NCBI RefSeq assembly: GCF_944324525.1
Contig: NZ_CALUWS010000010.1
Span: 1,404-65,403 of the forward strand
DNA: 64,000 bases
Direction of reading: 5' to 3'
Origin: an uncultured Desulfovibrio sp.
GTDB taxonomy: Bacteria; Desulfobacterota; Desulfovibrionia; Desulfovibrionales; Desulfovibrionaceae
Each line of letters opens with the position of its first letter. Position 1 is the first letter of the stretch. The translations under genes and the position numbers were made by a program. Positions 52,666 to 62,602 of the stretch are shown one piece after another. The notes below the pieces were generated by a model. The model had not been told where the DNA came from and did no database searches. It saw only the letters and a list, made by a program, of their open reading frames with translations.

Positions 52666-54059
52666 CCACCATCGCGGCCATAGCCACCGCGCCGGGGGCG
52701 GGCGGCATAGGCATCGTCCGCCTTTCCGGGCCGCGCGCCAAGGAGATCCTGGCGCGGCTCTTCCTGCCGCTTTCGGCAGATTTCGTCAATTTCCGCCCCT
52801 GGCAGCTGCATCATGGCCGCGTGCTGGATTGCCACGGCGAAGCCCTTGACGATGTGCTCGCGGTCTTCATGCCCGGGCCCCGCACCTTCACCGGGGAAGA
52901 CGTGGCCGAGATCCATTGCCACGGCGGCGTGTTCATGGTCCAGGCCGTGCTGGAGAGCGCGCTGCGCCTCGGTGCGCGGCAGGCCCAACGCGGAGAGTTC
53001 AGCCGCCGGGCCTTCTGCAACGGCCGCATGGACCTGAGTCAGGCCGAGGCCGTGGCGGAACTGGTGGCCGCCCCGTCGCGCGAAGCCGTACGCTTCGGGC
53101 TTTCCCGGCTGGACGGCCTGCTTGGACGCCGCGTGCGGGCCCTGCGGACGGAGCTGGACGGCCTGCGTGCCCAGATGTGCCTTGCCGTGGATTTTCCCGA
53201 AGAGGAGGTGGAGAGCCTCCCCCCGCCCGCCTTTGCCCAGCGCATCCGCCATGTGGTCCAGGCTCTGGACGAACTGCTGCGGGCACAACGTCGGGCGCGG
53301 GTCATGCAGCAGGGAGCGCAGGTGGTGCTTGCCGGAGCGGTCAATGCCGGCAAGTCCAGCCTGATGAACGCCCTGCTGGGACGGCAGCGCGCGCTGGTCA
53401 CGGACATACCCGGCACGACGCGTGATTTCATTGAGGAATATTGTGACCTTGACGGACTCCCCATACGGCTGGTAGACACCGCCGGCCTGCGGGAGACCGC
53501 CGAGAGCGTGGAGCATCTGGGGATCGCCCTGAGCCGGGAAAAACTGGCGCAAGCCGACGCCATCCTGCTGGTGGTGGACGGCGGCGCCCTCGGCGAGGCG
53601 GGCGCGGCGGCGACGGCCTGTCCCGAACCGGCAGCCGCCGAAGTGCTGGAGACCGCCGGGGACATCCCCGTCCTGCTGGTCTGGAACAAGGCGGATCTCT
53701 GCGATCCGGAGGTCTTCCCTCCCCGCTGGGCCGGCCGGCATCCCGCATTGCGCCTCTGCGCCCGCAGCGGCGAGGGGCTCGACGAGCTGGCCGCGCGGCT
53801 TCGGGCCTGCATCCTGGCCGGAGCGACGGAAACGCCCCCCGAAGACGGTCTGGCCCCCAATGCCCGTCAGGCGCTCGCTCTGGAGCGGGCGCGCCGCGAA
53901 CTGGAAGGCCTCCACGAGGATATCCTTGCCGGGACGCCGTACGACTGCTGCGCCGTTCGTCTCGATGCGGCAACGGCCTTTCTGGATGAGGTGACCGGCA
54001 GCAACAGCACTGAAGAGGTGCTCAACAGCATCTTTGAACAGTTCTGTATCGGAAAATAA
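52662..54059 (+). CDS. mnmE: tRNA uridine-5-carboxymethylaminomethyl modification GTPase MnmE
   Basis: DTIAAIATAPGAGGIGIVRLSG, G-domain GAVNAGKSSLMNAL...DIPGTTRD...DTAGLR...NKADL, and the C-terminal FCIGK motif. ATGA overlap with jag. Confidence 0.95.
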   Translation: MTTIAAIATAPGAGGIGIVRLSGPRAKEILARLFLPLSADFVNFRPWQLHHGRVLDCHGEALDDVLAVFMPGPRTFTGEDVAEIHCHGGVFMVQAVLESALRLGARQAQRGEFSRRAFCNGRMDLSQAEAVAELVAAPSREAVRFGLSRLDGLLGRRVRALRTELDGLRAQMCLAVDFPEEEVESLPPPAFAQRIRHVVQALDELLRAQRRARVMQQGAQVVLAGAVNAGKSSLMNALLGRQRALVTDIPGTTRDFIEEYCDLDGLPIRLVDTAGLRETAESVEHLGIALSREKLAQADAILLVVDGGALGEAGAAATACPEPAAAEVLETAGDIPVLLVWNKADLCDPEVFPPRWAGRHPALRLCARSGEGLDELAARLRACILAGATETPPEDGLAPNARQALALERARRELEGLHEDILAGTPYDCCAVRLDAATAFLDEVTGSNSTEEVLNSIFEQFCIGK

Positions 54060-54100
54060 ACGGCGGAGGCGGGGCTTGTCCCCGCCGGGGAAAGCGTAGC

Positions 54101-54706
54101 ATGGATCTGGAAGAGTTGCGCCGTCGCCTGAGCAGCGACGAAATCAATGCCCTGCCCCTGCGGCATTATGAAGGGCCCATCTATCTTGTCCGCACCCCGG
54201 CGGACTGGCGCAACGCCCTGCCCCAGCTCCTCGATGAACGCGTCATCGGCTTCGATACGGAAACGCGCCCCACGTTCCGCAAAGGCCGCATCAACCAGCC
54301 CTCGCTGGTGCAGCTCGCCACGGCCGACGCCGTTTACCTCGTACAGCTCGGCTGGCTGCCCTTTGGCGATTACCTGGCCGACCTGCTGGCCGACGGACGT
54401 TACCTCAAGGTCGGCGTGGGCATTGGCGACGACATGCGGGAACTGGGCAAGATCCACCCCTTCACCCCGGCCGGGCATGTGGACCTCGGCCAGATGGCGC
54501 GCCAAAACCGCATGTGCAGCCAGGGCCTGCGCTCCCTCACCGCCCATCTTTTCGGCTGGCGCATCTCCAAGGGCCCGCAATGCTCCAACTGGGGCCTGCC
54601 CGAACTGACGCAGCGCCAGATCCTCTACGCCGCCACCGACGCCTGGGTGGGACGGGCCATCTTCCTCAAAATGTGCGAGCTGGGGCTTGTGAGGCAACTG
54701 CCATGA
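54101..54706 (+). CDS. DEDDy-type 3'-5' exonuclease domain protein (RNase D/WRN-exonuclease-like)
   Basis: 201 aa. IGFDTETRP (ExoI), KVGVGIGDDMREL (ExoII) and YAATDAWVGRAIF (ExoIII with Tyr). Confidence 0.8.
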   Translation: MDLEELRRRLSSDEINALPLRHYEGPIYLVRTPADWRNALPQLLDERVIGFDTETRPTFRKGRINQPSLVQLATADAVYLVQLGWLPFGDYLADLLADGRYLKVGVGIGDDMRELGKIHPFTPAGHVDLGQMARQNRMCSQGLRSLTAHLFGWRISKGPQCSNWGLPELTQRQILYAATDAWVGRAIFLKMCELGLVRQLP

Positions 54707-55851
54707 AGGCAGTCTCCCCTCCGGCGCTTGGCCCGCGTCTGGTCTTCTTCACCGGCGGCACGGCCCTGCGCGAGGTCAGCCGCAGTCTTACCCGCCTGAC
54801 GCACAACTCCGTCCATCTGGTCACCCCCTTCGATTCCGGCGGCAGCACGGCCAGCCTGCGCCGGGCCTTCGCCATGCCCGCCGTGGGCGATATCCGCAAC
54901 CGGCTGGCGGCCCTGGCCGACAGGGACATCATCCCCGAAGCCGTTCTGGAGCTCTGGGAGCGCCGTCTGCCCGAGGACGGCGACCCGGAAGAGCTGCGCC
55001 GGCAACTGCTGCAGCTGGGCGAGAGCGTCCATCCCTGCTGGCGCGAGCTGCCGGATGTCTTTGCCGCGTCCATGCGCCTGTATCTCAACTTTTTCCTCCA
55101 GCGCATGCCGCCGCATTTCGATGCGCGCTACGCAAGTCTCGGCAACCTCATGCTGGCCGGGGGCTATCTGGAGCACCGCCGGGATCTCGGGCCGGTGCTG
55201 GCCTTTTTTTCCCGACTCCTGCAGGCGCGCGGCGTGGTCACGCCCATCGTGGAAGAGAGCCTGCACCTGGCGGCCCTGCTGGACGACGGCAGCCGGGTGG
55301 TGGGCCAGCATCAGTTCGGTCAGCTGGGGCAGCATATCCGCCGTCTCTTCCTCACCGTGCATGAGCCGGACAGGCCGTTCCACGACACCACCCCCTGCCG
55401 TCCGGCCATCACGCGCACGGCCGCGACCTATCTGCAGAGCGCCGGTCTCATCTGTTATCCCATGGGCAGCTTTTACACCAGCGTGCTGGCCAACCTGCTG
55501 CCGGCCGGGGTGGGCCGGGCCGTCAGATCGGCCGCCTGCCCCAAGGTCTTCCTGCCCAATTCGGGGCAGGACAGGGAAGTCTGCGGCCTGTCCATCCTGG
55601 GCCAGACCCGCATGATCCTGGACGCGCTGCGGGCGGACTGCCCGGATGCCCGGCCGGAGGAACTGCTGCAATGGGTGGTGGTGGACCGCCGCCACGGCGT
55701 GTACGAAGGGGGCTGCGACACCACCGCGCTGGCGGACCTCGGCCTGCGCGTGCTGGATGTGGACATGGTTCGCCCCGACATGCCGGAACGGCATGATCCG
55801 GACAAGGTGGCCCGCCTGCTCTGCGGGCTCAGCCGGGGAGAGACCCCATGA
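54703..55851 (+). CDS. CofD/YvcK (UPF0052) family protein, divergent
   Basis: ORF trimmed to ATG 54703 (ATGA overlap with the exonuclease gene). VFFTGGTALREVS, VTPFDSGGSTASLRR, GDIRNRLAAL and ICYPMGSFYTSVLANLLPAGV are colinear with the YvcK/CofD motifs GGGTG, DDGGSSG, GDxRN and GPGSxxTS. Confidence 0.75.
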   Translation: MKAVSPPALGPRLVFFTGGTALREVSRSLTRLTHNSVHLVTPFDSGGSTASLRRAFAMPAVGDIRNRLAALADRDIIPEAVLELWERRLPEDGDPEELRRQLLQLGESVHPCWRELPDVFAASMRLYLNFFLQRMPPHFDARYASLGNLMLAGGYLEHRRDLGPVLAFFSRLLQARGVVTPIVEESLHLAALLDDGSRVVGQHQFGQLGQHIRRLFLTVHEPDRPFHDTTPCRPAITRTAATYLQSAGLICYPMGSFYTSVLANLLPAGVGRAVRSAACPKVFLPNSGQDREVCGLSILGQTRMILDALRADCPDARPEELLQWVVVDRRHGVYEGGCDTTALADLGLRVLDVDMVRPDMPERHDPDKVARLLCGLSRGETP

Positions 55852-56870
55852 ACGGCCCTGCCGGAGAGCGCGTGACCGTGACGACCGCGCAGCACGGCGA
55901 GCGGCTGGACCGCATCGTCATGGCCGTCTGCGGCCTGAGCCTGCGGGCCGCCCGCCGCCGCATCGAGGGCGGCATACGCGTGGACGGCAGGCCTGCCGCC
56001 GCGGCCCAGCGCCTGCGGGCGGGCCAGATCCTGGAATTCCCGCCTGCCGGCCCTTCGGATGACGGGCTGACGGCCTGCGTCCGCCTGCTGGGCCGTCAGG
56101 ACGACTATGTGGCTTTCGTCAAACCCGCCGGCCTGCACAGCAGCCCGCTCGCCGGACAGGCCGCGCCGAATCTGGAAGATACCGCGCAGGCACTTTGGCG
56201 AAAGGAGGGACATTCCCCCCCGCTGCATTTCCTCCAGCGCCTGGATCAGGCCACCTCCGGCATCGTCTGCGCGGCCCTTTCCCCTGACGCCGCGCAGCGT
56301 TTCCGCACGGACGAGAGCCGCGGCCGCTACGCCAAGGCCTATCTGGCCCTGCTGCACGGCGAGCTGAGCACGCCGGTCACGGCGGACAGGGCCCTCGATG
56401 TGGACGGCCGCAGCGTCAGTCGCGTTCTGGACAAAGCCGCTCCGCCCCTGCGCCAGACCCGCTTTTTCCCCCTGCAAGTCCTGCGAGACGACGAGGCAAA
56501 GGACGTGCTCGCGGCCAACGGCCTGCCCGCCCCCCCTGCCGCGACGGTCACGCTTGCCGCCTGCCTCATCCGTTGCGGGGCCCGCCATCAGATACGAGCC
56601 CATGCGGCGAGCCTCGGCCTGCCGCTCTGCGGCGACGGCCGCTATGCGCCGCAAGGGGATGGCCCGGCGGCCGGCCCGGAGCGCTTCCTGCTGCATCACG
56701 CCTGCCTGAGCGGCCCCGCCGGGCGCTGGCTGTGCCCGCCGCCCTGGGAGCGGCTGCCCTTTCTGGAAAATCATTTCCGAAAATGGCTTGAAACCCTCAG
56801 CCGTTACGATAGTATATTTCTCACGGAAAAGGACGCTGCGGCTCCCGCACCTGCGCGGGGACGCGGCTGA
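55848..56870 (+). CDS. RluA-family pseudouridine synthase with an S4-like N-terminus
   Basis: ATGA overlap with the CofD-like gene. GERLDRIV...RRRIEGGIRVDG (S4), catalytic LQRLDQATSGIVCAA, and GARHQIRAHAASLGLPLCGDGRY. Confidence 0.85.
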   Translation: MNGPAGERVTVTTAQHGERLDRIVMAVCGLSLRAARRRIEGGIRVDGRPAAAAQRLRAGQILEFPPAGPSDDGLTACVRLLGRQDDYVAFVKPAGLHSSPLAGQAAPNLEDTAQALWRKEGHSPPLHFLQRLDQATSGIVCAALSPDAAQRFRTDESRGRYAKAYLALLHGELSTPVTADRALDVDGRSVSRVLDKAAPPLRQTRFFPLQVLRDDEAKDVLAANGLPAPPAATVTLAACLIRCGARHQIRAHAASLGLPLCGDGRYAPQGDGPAAGPERFLLHHACLSGPAGRWLCPPPWERLPFLENHFRKWLETLSRYDSIFLTEKDAAAPAPARGRG

Positions 56871-56912
56871 TCCTTCATGCTTTTTTTCCGCCACCTTTTT
56901 TCAGGAGACGGC

Positions 56913-57542
56913 ATGTTCGCATCCCTGCTGCCCAAGTCGGCCCCCTTTTTTGAAATGCTCCTGGAGCAGAACACCCTGCTCCGCCACATGGCTCATCATC
57001 TCGTGGGCATGATGGAAAACCTGGACGCCGTGGATGATGCCCACAAGCAGATCTCGCTGCTCGAAGAACAGGGCGACGTGCTGCACGTCAAGATCATCCG
57101 CGACCTCTCGCAGACCTTCATCACCCCCATCGACCGGGAAGACATCCTCCGCATCAACCAGATGCAGGAGGAGACCATGGACTGCATCCATACGCTCACC
57201 ACCCGCCTGCACATCTTTGAATTCTCCAAGATGCGTTTCCCCATGGTGCAGATGGCGCGCACCATCAGCGCCATGCTGGACCTCACCCAGCTCATGCTGG
57301 ACGGCCTTACCCATCGCAAGGACTGCCACAAGACCCACGCCTTCCGCACCCTGCGTGACGAATGCGACATGCTGCTTGCCGTGGGGCTGGCGGAACTCAT
57401 GGATCCGCAGGGAGAGATCACGCCCGCGGCCATCATGGACATGCTCAAGTGGAGCCAGGCTTACGACCGCATCAGCATGCTGCTGGAAAACGTCAACAGC
57501 CTTGCCGAAACCCTGGAAGAAGCGGTATTGAAAAATGTTTGA
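56913..57542 (+). CDS. DUF47 (PhoU-like) phosphate-transport accessory protein
   Basis: ORF trimmed to MFASLLPKSAPFFEMLLEQ (AGGAGA Shine-Dalgarno). EEQGDVLHVKIIRDLSQTFITPIDREDI motif. Overlaps the downstream Pit gene by 8 nt. Confidence 0.85.
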   Translation: MFASLLPKSAPFFEMLLEQNTLLRHMAHHLVGMMENLDAVDDAHKQISLLEEQGDVLHVKIIRDLSQTFITPIDREDILRINQMQEETMDCIHTLTTRLHIFEFSKMRFPMVQMARTISAMLDLTQLMLDGLTHRKDCHKTHAFRTLRDECDMLLAVGLAELMDPQGEITPAAIMDMLKWSQAYDRISMLLENVNSLAETLEEAVLKNV

Positions 57543-58542
57543 GATCCCCCTTCTTCTTGCGCTCATCGTGCTGGTCGCCCTGGTGTTCGACTTTACCAAC
57601 GGCGCGCACGACTGCGCCAATGCCATCGCCACGGTCGTTTCCACCAAGGTGGTCACCCCCCGGCTTGCCGTGGGCTGCGCGGCGGCGCTCAACCTCATCG
57701 GCGCCCTGCTGGGGACGGAGGTCGCCAAGACGCTGGGCAGCGGCATCGTGCTGCCCGAAGTGGTGGAGGGCAGTCATGTGCTGGTGCTGGCCGCGCTGGT
57801 CGGGGCCATCGGCTGGAACTGCATCACCTGGTATTTCGGTATCCCCTCTTCATCCTCGCATGCCCTCATCGGCGGCCTCATCGGGGCGGCCGTGGCCCAC
57901 AGCGGCATGGCCGGGCTCAACCTGGGCGGCATCGTCAGCAAGGTGCTGCTGCCGCTGATCATCTCGCCCCTGTCGGGCTATGCCGTGGGCTTTCTGCTCA
58001 TGTGGATCATCTACTGGATATGCGCGCCCATACAACGCAGCAAGGTCAACCGGGCCTTCCGCAAGCTGCAGCTGCTGTCCGCCGGCTTCATGGCGACGAG
58101 CCACGGCCTCAATGACGCCCAGAAGACCATGGGCATCATCACGCTGGCCCTGATGATCTTCGGTTATGCCGACACCACGGAACATGTGCCGCTCTGGGTC
58201 AAGCTGAGCTGCGCGGGCGCCATGGCGCTCGGCACGGCCATCGGCGGCTGGAAGATCGTCAAGACCATGGGCCACCGCATCTTCAAGCTGGAGCCCGTGC
58301 ACGGCTTCGCCGCCGAGACCTCGGCCTCCATCGTCATTGCCGGCGCGTCTCTGGTCGGCGCACCGGTCAGCACCACGCACACCATTTCCGCCTGCATCTT
58401 CGGCGTCGGTTCCACCAAGCGCCTCAGCGCCGTCCGCTGGACCGTGGCCGGACAGCTCGTCATCGCCTGGGTGCTGACGCTGCCCGCCGCCTCGGTCATC
58501 GGCTGCCTGTCGTATCTGATCCTGCACCTCATCTGGGCCTGA
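57535..58542 (+). CDS. pit: Inorganic phosphate transporter, PiT family
   Basis: 335 aa. FDFTNGAHDCANAIATVVST and SHGLNDAQKTMGIIT signature pair, and multiple transmembrane segments. Confidence 0.93.
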   Translation: MFEIPLLLALIVLVALVFDFTNGAHDCANAIATVVSTKVVTPRLAVGCAAALNLIGALLGTEVAKTLGSGIVLPEVVEGSHVLVLAALVGAIGWNCITWYFGIPSSSSHALIGGLIGAAVAHSGMAGLNLGGIVSKVLLPLIISPLSGYAVGFLLMWIIYWICAPIQRSKVNRAFRKLQLLSAGFMATSHGLNDAQKTMGIITLALMIFGYADTTEHVPLWVKLSCAGAMALGTAIGGWKIVKTMGHRIFKLEPVHGFAAETSASIVIAGASLVGAPVSTTHTISACIFGVGSTKRLSAVRWTVAGQLVIAWVLTLPAASVIGCLSYLILHLIWA

Positions 58543-58575
58543 GGCCGTCCCCGTTCAGGAGGGACATTTTCCGGT

Positions 58576-58621
58576 GGGGAGGGAGCATCGCACGACGCGC
58601 TCCCTCCCCGTATATTTTTTT
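58576..58621 (+). terminator. Rho-independent terminator of DUF47-pit
   Basis: GGGGAGGGAGC-N12-GCTCCCTCCCC followed by GTATATTTTTTT. Confidence 0.8.
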
Positions 58622-58699
58622 GTTGCAGACCTGCCCGTCGCGACGAGACGTCCCGCAGACCGACGATCTCTTGCGCCACGGGCGAACGCTTACCACAGG

Positions 58700-60013
58700 A
58701 TGCATCATATGGACGCACGGGACATCCGCGCCGCGTTGCCGCGCTGGCGGCAGCAACTGCATGCCCATGCCGAGGAAGGCTGGACGGAATTCTGGACCAC
58801 GGCGCATGTTGCCGGCATTTTGCAGGATCTTGGTCTTTCGCCGCGCGTCGGGGCGGAAGCGCTCGACCGCACGGCCCGCATGGGCCTGCCCAGCCCGCAG
58901 CGCCTTGCGGCCGCCCGCCGCCGGGCCAGCGGCGAAGGGGCCGACGAGGCCCTGTTGCACCGCATGGGCGACTGCACCGGCGCTGTCGTGGATCTGGGCC
59001 CGCAGGCCGCGCCGGTCGCCCTGGCGCTGCGTTTCGATCTGGACGCCCTGCCGCTGACGGAAAGCCATGCCCCGGAGCATGCCCCCGCCGCGGGCGGGTA
59101 TGCCTCGCGCCATGCGGGGCAGTGCCATGCCTGCGGGCACGACGCGCATGCGGCGCTCGGCCTTGGGCTCGCCGCGCTGCTCCAGTCGGGGCCGCCGTTG
59201 CGGCAGCGCGTCCGCCTGCTCTTCCAGCCCGCGGAAGAGGGCGTGCGCGGCGCGGCCGCCATGCTGGAACAGGTACGCGGCGTCCCCCGCTTCCTGGCCG
59301 TGCACATCGGGCTGGGCCTCCCCACGGGCACGCTGGCCACCGGGGCAACGGGCCTCATGGCCAGCACCAAATTCGACGCCGTTTTCAGCGGACGGGCCGC
59401 TCATGCCGCCAAAGCCCCGCAACAGGGCCGCGATGCCCTCAAGGGCGCGGCGACGGCTCTGCTCGGCCTGCATGATCTGCCCCGCTACGGGGACGGGGAG
59501 AACCGGATACATGTCGGGGAACTGCGCGGCGGCGGCGCGCGCAACGTGGTGGCCGACAGGGCCGTGCTGCGCGGCGAGACCCGCGCCGTCACCTGCGAGA
59601 TGGCCGACGATCTTTTTGCCCGCGCCCGCGACGTGCTGGAAGGCGCGGCCGCCATGTACGGCCTGGGCTGCCGGATCTCCGTGGCGGGACAGGCCCCGGC
59701 GGCCGCCAGCGATGCGGACTTCGCCGCGTTTCTGGCCGGTCTGGCCCGCTCTCTGCGGACGGAACAGGGCAGGCCGCTTTTTACGCAGGTACGGGAACAG
59801 ACCGCTATGGGCGCCAGCGACGATGCCGCCGTCTTCATGCGCGCCGTGCAGGCGGCGGGCGGCAAGGCCGCCTACGCCATCCTCGGCAGCGATCTGGAGG
59901 CCGGCCACCATGCGCCGAATTTCGATATTGATGAAGCCAGCCTCTGGCCGGGCCTGCTCTGGCTGGAAGCGGTCTGCCGTGCCGTCAGCTCGGAAGGCGG
60001 CGGGGAAGGCTGA
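58700..60013 (+). CDS. M20-family amidohydrolase (aminoacylase/carboxypeptidase-like)
   Basis: ORF trimmed to MHHMDARD, downstream of the terminator. HACGHDAH metal site, LLFQPAEEG, and C-terminal GHHAPNFDIDE. Confidence 0.8.
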   Translation: MHHMDARDIRAALPRWRQQLHAHAEEGWTEFWTTAHVAGILQDLGLSPRVGAEALDRTARMGLPSPQRLAAARRRASGEGADEALLHRMGDCTGAVVDLGPQAAPVALALRFDLDALPLTESHAPEHAPAAGGYASRHAGQCHACGHDAHAALGLGLAALLQSGPPLRQRVRLLFQPAEEGVRGAAAMLEQVRGVPRFLAVHIGLGLPTGTLATGATGLMASTKFDAVFSGRAAHAAKAPQQGRDALKGAATALLGLHDLPRYGDGENRIHVGELRGGGARNVVADRAVLRGETRAVTCEMADDLFARARDVLEGAAAMYGLGCRISVAGQAPAAASDADFAAFLAGLARSLRTEQGRPLFTQVREQTAMGASDDAAVFMRAVQAAGGKAAYAILGSDLEAGHHAPNFDIDEASLWPGLLWLEAVCRAVSSEGGGEG

Positions 60014-60084
60014 GGCGTGCGCGCCCGACGGGAGCCGGCAGCGGCGACAGTCCGCACGCCTGCCCGCTCCCGTCACAGGCTGCC

Positions 60085-60909
60085 TCAGTAAAGCTTGTCG
60101 AGCACGTCCTCATTCATGCTGAAGCAGTGCTCCGCAGCGGGGAATCTGCCGTCCTGCACGGCCTGCACATAGGCGGCGAAGGCCGTGCGCATGTCCGTGC
60201 CGCATTCGGCGAAATGGCGGACGAAACGCGGGGACATGCCGTCCACCATGCCCAGCATGTCCTGCCAGACCAGCACCTGCCCGTCACAATCCGGCCCGGC
60301 CCCGATGCCGATGGTGGGGATGGTCACCGCCTCGCTGATCCGCCGGGCCAGCGGCGCGGGCACGCACTCCAGCACCAGGGCAAAGGCCCCCGCCACTTCC
60401 AGCGCGCGGGCGTCGTCCAGCAGCTTCTGGGCCGCTTCGGGCGCTTTGCCCTGCACCTTGAAGCCGCCGAGCGCGTGCACGGACTGCGGCGTCAGGCCGA
60501 TATGCCCCATGACCGGGATGGAAGCCCGCACGATGGCCCGCACATGCTCCGCAAATTCCGCGCCGCCTTCCAGCTTGACGGCCTGTGCGCGCCCCTCCTT
60601 GACCAGACGGCCGGCATTGGCGCAGGCCTGTTCCGGCGAGAGCTGATAGCTCATGAACGGCATGTCGCAGACCAGCAGGGGACGCTCGCTGCCGCGCGCC
60701 ACGGCGGCGCAGTGCCGGATCATGTCCTCCATGGTCACGGAAAGCGTATCGGCGTGGCCGAGCACCACCATGCCCAGCGAATCCCCCACCAGCAGGGCAT
60801 CCACCCCGCTTTGTTCCATGAGCCGGGCCGTGGTATAGTCGTAGGCCGTCAGCATGGACAGTTTGCGCTGCCCCTTGGCGGCGCGAAAGGTCACGGCGGT
60901 TTCCTTCAT
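60085..60909 (-). CDS. panB: 3-methyl-2-oxobutanoate hydroxymethyltransferase
   Basis: ORF trimmed to MKETAVTF. MLTAYDY, LLVGDSLGMV, VKLEGG, MGHIGLTPQS and IGIGAG motifs. Confidence 0.95.
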   Translation of the reverse strand: MKETAVTFRAAKGQRKLSMLTAYDYTTARLMEQSGVDALLVGDSLGMVVLGHADTLSVTMEDMIRHCAAVARGSERPLLVCDMPFMSYQLSPEQACANAGRLVKEGRAQAVKLEGGAEFAEHVRAIVRASIPVMGHIGLTPQSVHALGGFKVQGKAPEAAQKLLDDARALEVAGAFALVLECVPAPLARRISEAVTIPTIGIGAGPDCDGQVLVWQDMLGMVDGMSPRFVRHFAECGTDMRTAFAAYVQAVQDGRFPAAEHCFSMNEDVLDKLY

Positions 60910-60910
60910 G

Positions 60911-61561
60911 TCACTCTCCTTGTTGCGAGGCGGAAAAGCGCCCCTTGTCCCAAAAGGCGTACAACTTCCGGACATCGGCGGAACACAGCAGCGGCATGGC
61001 CTCCCGGATGCGTTCCAGCGGCCAGTCCCACCACTGCATCTCCTCCAGCAACGCACACTGCGCGTCATCAAAGCGCCTGCGCACGGCGCGGGCAGGCTGG
61101 CCCGCCACCACCGTATAGGCGGGGACGGACCGGGTGACCACCGCGCGGGCGGCGATGACCGCGCCGTCGCCCACCCGCACGCCGGGCATGATCATGGCTT
61201 CCGCGCCGATCCAGACGTCGTTTCCGATAACGGTGTCGCCTGCCCGGCGAAAACCGTCCGTCGCCGCCGCAAAGGCCTGCTCGTCCTGCATGTAGTAAAA
61301 GGGGAAGGTCGCTATCCAGTCGGTGCGGTGGCCCTGATTGCCGGCCATGATGAAGCTTGCCCCGCTGCCGATGGAGCAGAAGCTCCCGATGATGAGCTTG
61401 TCCACATCGTCGCGGTCGGCGGCAAGATAGCGCGCGCAGTCATCGAAATCATGCCCGTGATAATAGCCCGAATAATAGCTGTAGCGCCCCACCCGGATAT
61501 TGGGATTGCGTACCCGGCCGGCCAGCGTCTTGCCTTCAAAGGGGGAGTCGAACACGGGCAC
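60911..61561 (-). CDS. Xenobiotic acetyltransferase (XAT) family hexapeptide-repeat enzyme, Vat/CatB-like
   Basis: 216 aa, GTG start. [32 protein letters not shown] and [42 protein letters not shown]. Confidence 0.85.
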   Translation of the reverse strand: MPVFDSPFEGKTLAGRVRNPNIRVGRYSYYSGYYHGHDFDDCARYLAADRDDVDKLIIGSFCSIGSGASFIMAGNQGHRTDWIATFPFYYMQDEQAFAAATDGFRRAGDTVIGNDVWIGAEAMIMPGVRVGDGAVIAARAVVTRSVPAYTVVAGQPARAVRRRFDDAQCALLEEMQWWDWPLERIREAMPLLCSADVRKLYAFWDKGRFSASQQGE

Positions 61562-61566
61562 GCCGC

Positions 61567-62430
61567 TTATCTCCCGGCCCGCTGGGCAAAGCCCATGAGG
61601 GCGTGCACGAGCTTGGCGGCGGTGAAGTCCGCGTGATGCAGACCGGGGATGGGGGCCAGCTCCACCACATCCAGCCCCGCCACCGTGCGTCCGCGCAGGC
61701 AGGCTTCCAGGATCAGCAGGGCCTGATGCCAGAACAGGCCGCCGGGAGAGGGCGTCCCCGTGGCGGGCATGAGCGAGGCGTCGAACCCGTCCACATCGAA
61801 AGAGATATAGAGCCGTCGCGGGAAATCATGCGGCAGCGGGTTGTCCGGCAGTCCCTGACGGGCGAGCGCCTCGGCATCGTGGCAGATGACGCCGTACCGC
61901 TGCCGGACGTCGGCTTCCTCGCGGCTCATGTCCCGCACGGCAAACTGCGCGAGCGGCAGGCCCAGGTCGGCCACGGCGCGGTGCATGACGCAGGCATGCG
62001 AGTAGATGGACCCCTCGTAGCTGGGCCGCAGGTCGGCATGCGCATCGAACTGCACGATGCCGAAGGGTTCGCCCGTGGCGGCCAGCGCCCGCAGCGCCCC
62101 CAGCGTCACCGTATGCTCGCCGCCCAAAAGCACCGGACAGGCACGGCAGGCAAGCGCCTCGCGCACGGCGGCCTCAATGCGTTCCAGCACCGTTTCCACC
62201 GGGCCGGAACAGGGGATGGCCGGGGCGGTGTACAGGCCCGCCTCACCGGGGGCGCTGTGGCCGTCCCAGGCCTCGAGCTGCTGGGAAGCTTCCAGGATGG
62301 CCTGCGGGCCGCGGGCCGTGCCGCCGCCATAGGAAACGCTCTGCTCCAACGGCGCGGGGATGATGTGGAAGGCGGCCTCATGCGGCGCGACCGGCGCGTA
62401 TTCGGATGCAAGAAAGGCTGTCTGGGACAT
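61567..62430 (-). CDS. speB: Agmatinase (ureohydrolase family)
   Basis: 287 aa. [26 protein letters not shown] and PGGL motifs binding the Mn cluster. Confidence 0.9.
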   Translation of the reverse strand: MSQTAFLASEYAPVAPHEAAFHIIPAPLEQSVSYGGGTARGPQAILEASQQLEAWDGHSAPGEAGLYTAPAIPCSGPVETVLERIEAAVREALACRACPVLLGGEHTVTLGALRALAATGEPFGIVQFDAHADLRPSYEGSIYSHACVMHRAVADLGLPLAQFAVRDMSREEADVRQRYGVICHDAEALARQGLPDNPLPHDFPRRLYISFDVDGFDASLMPATGTPSPGGLFWHQALLILEACLRGRTVAGLDVVELAPIPGLHHADFTAAKLVHALMGFAQRAGR

Positions 62431-62602
62431 GGGGAAGATCCTCCGAAAAAAGTCAGGCGGCAGGCCGGGACGGCTTCAGCGGGCACGAAAGGCCGCAAGC
62501 GGCCCCGGATCCGCCGCCATACCGCACAGGCAGTATCACAGGCCACGGGAAAAGGCAAAAACGGCGGCCGGGAGATGCTTTCCCGACGGGTATGGGAGGC
62601 AC

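Noticed and set aside
60911-61561. XAT acetyltransferase as a horizontally acquired resistance cassette
   Set aside because: No integrase, IS element, attC-like site or compositional break flanks it, and it is packed within 1-5 nt of housekeeping genes. It is kept as a finding, but not as a mobile element.
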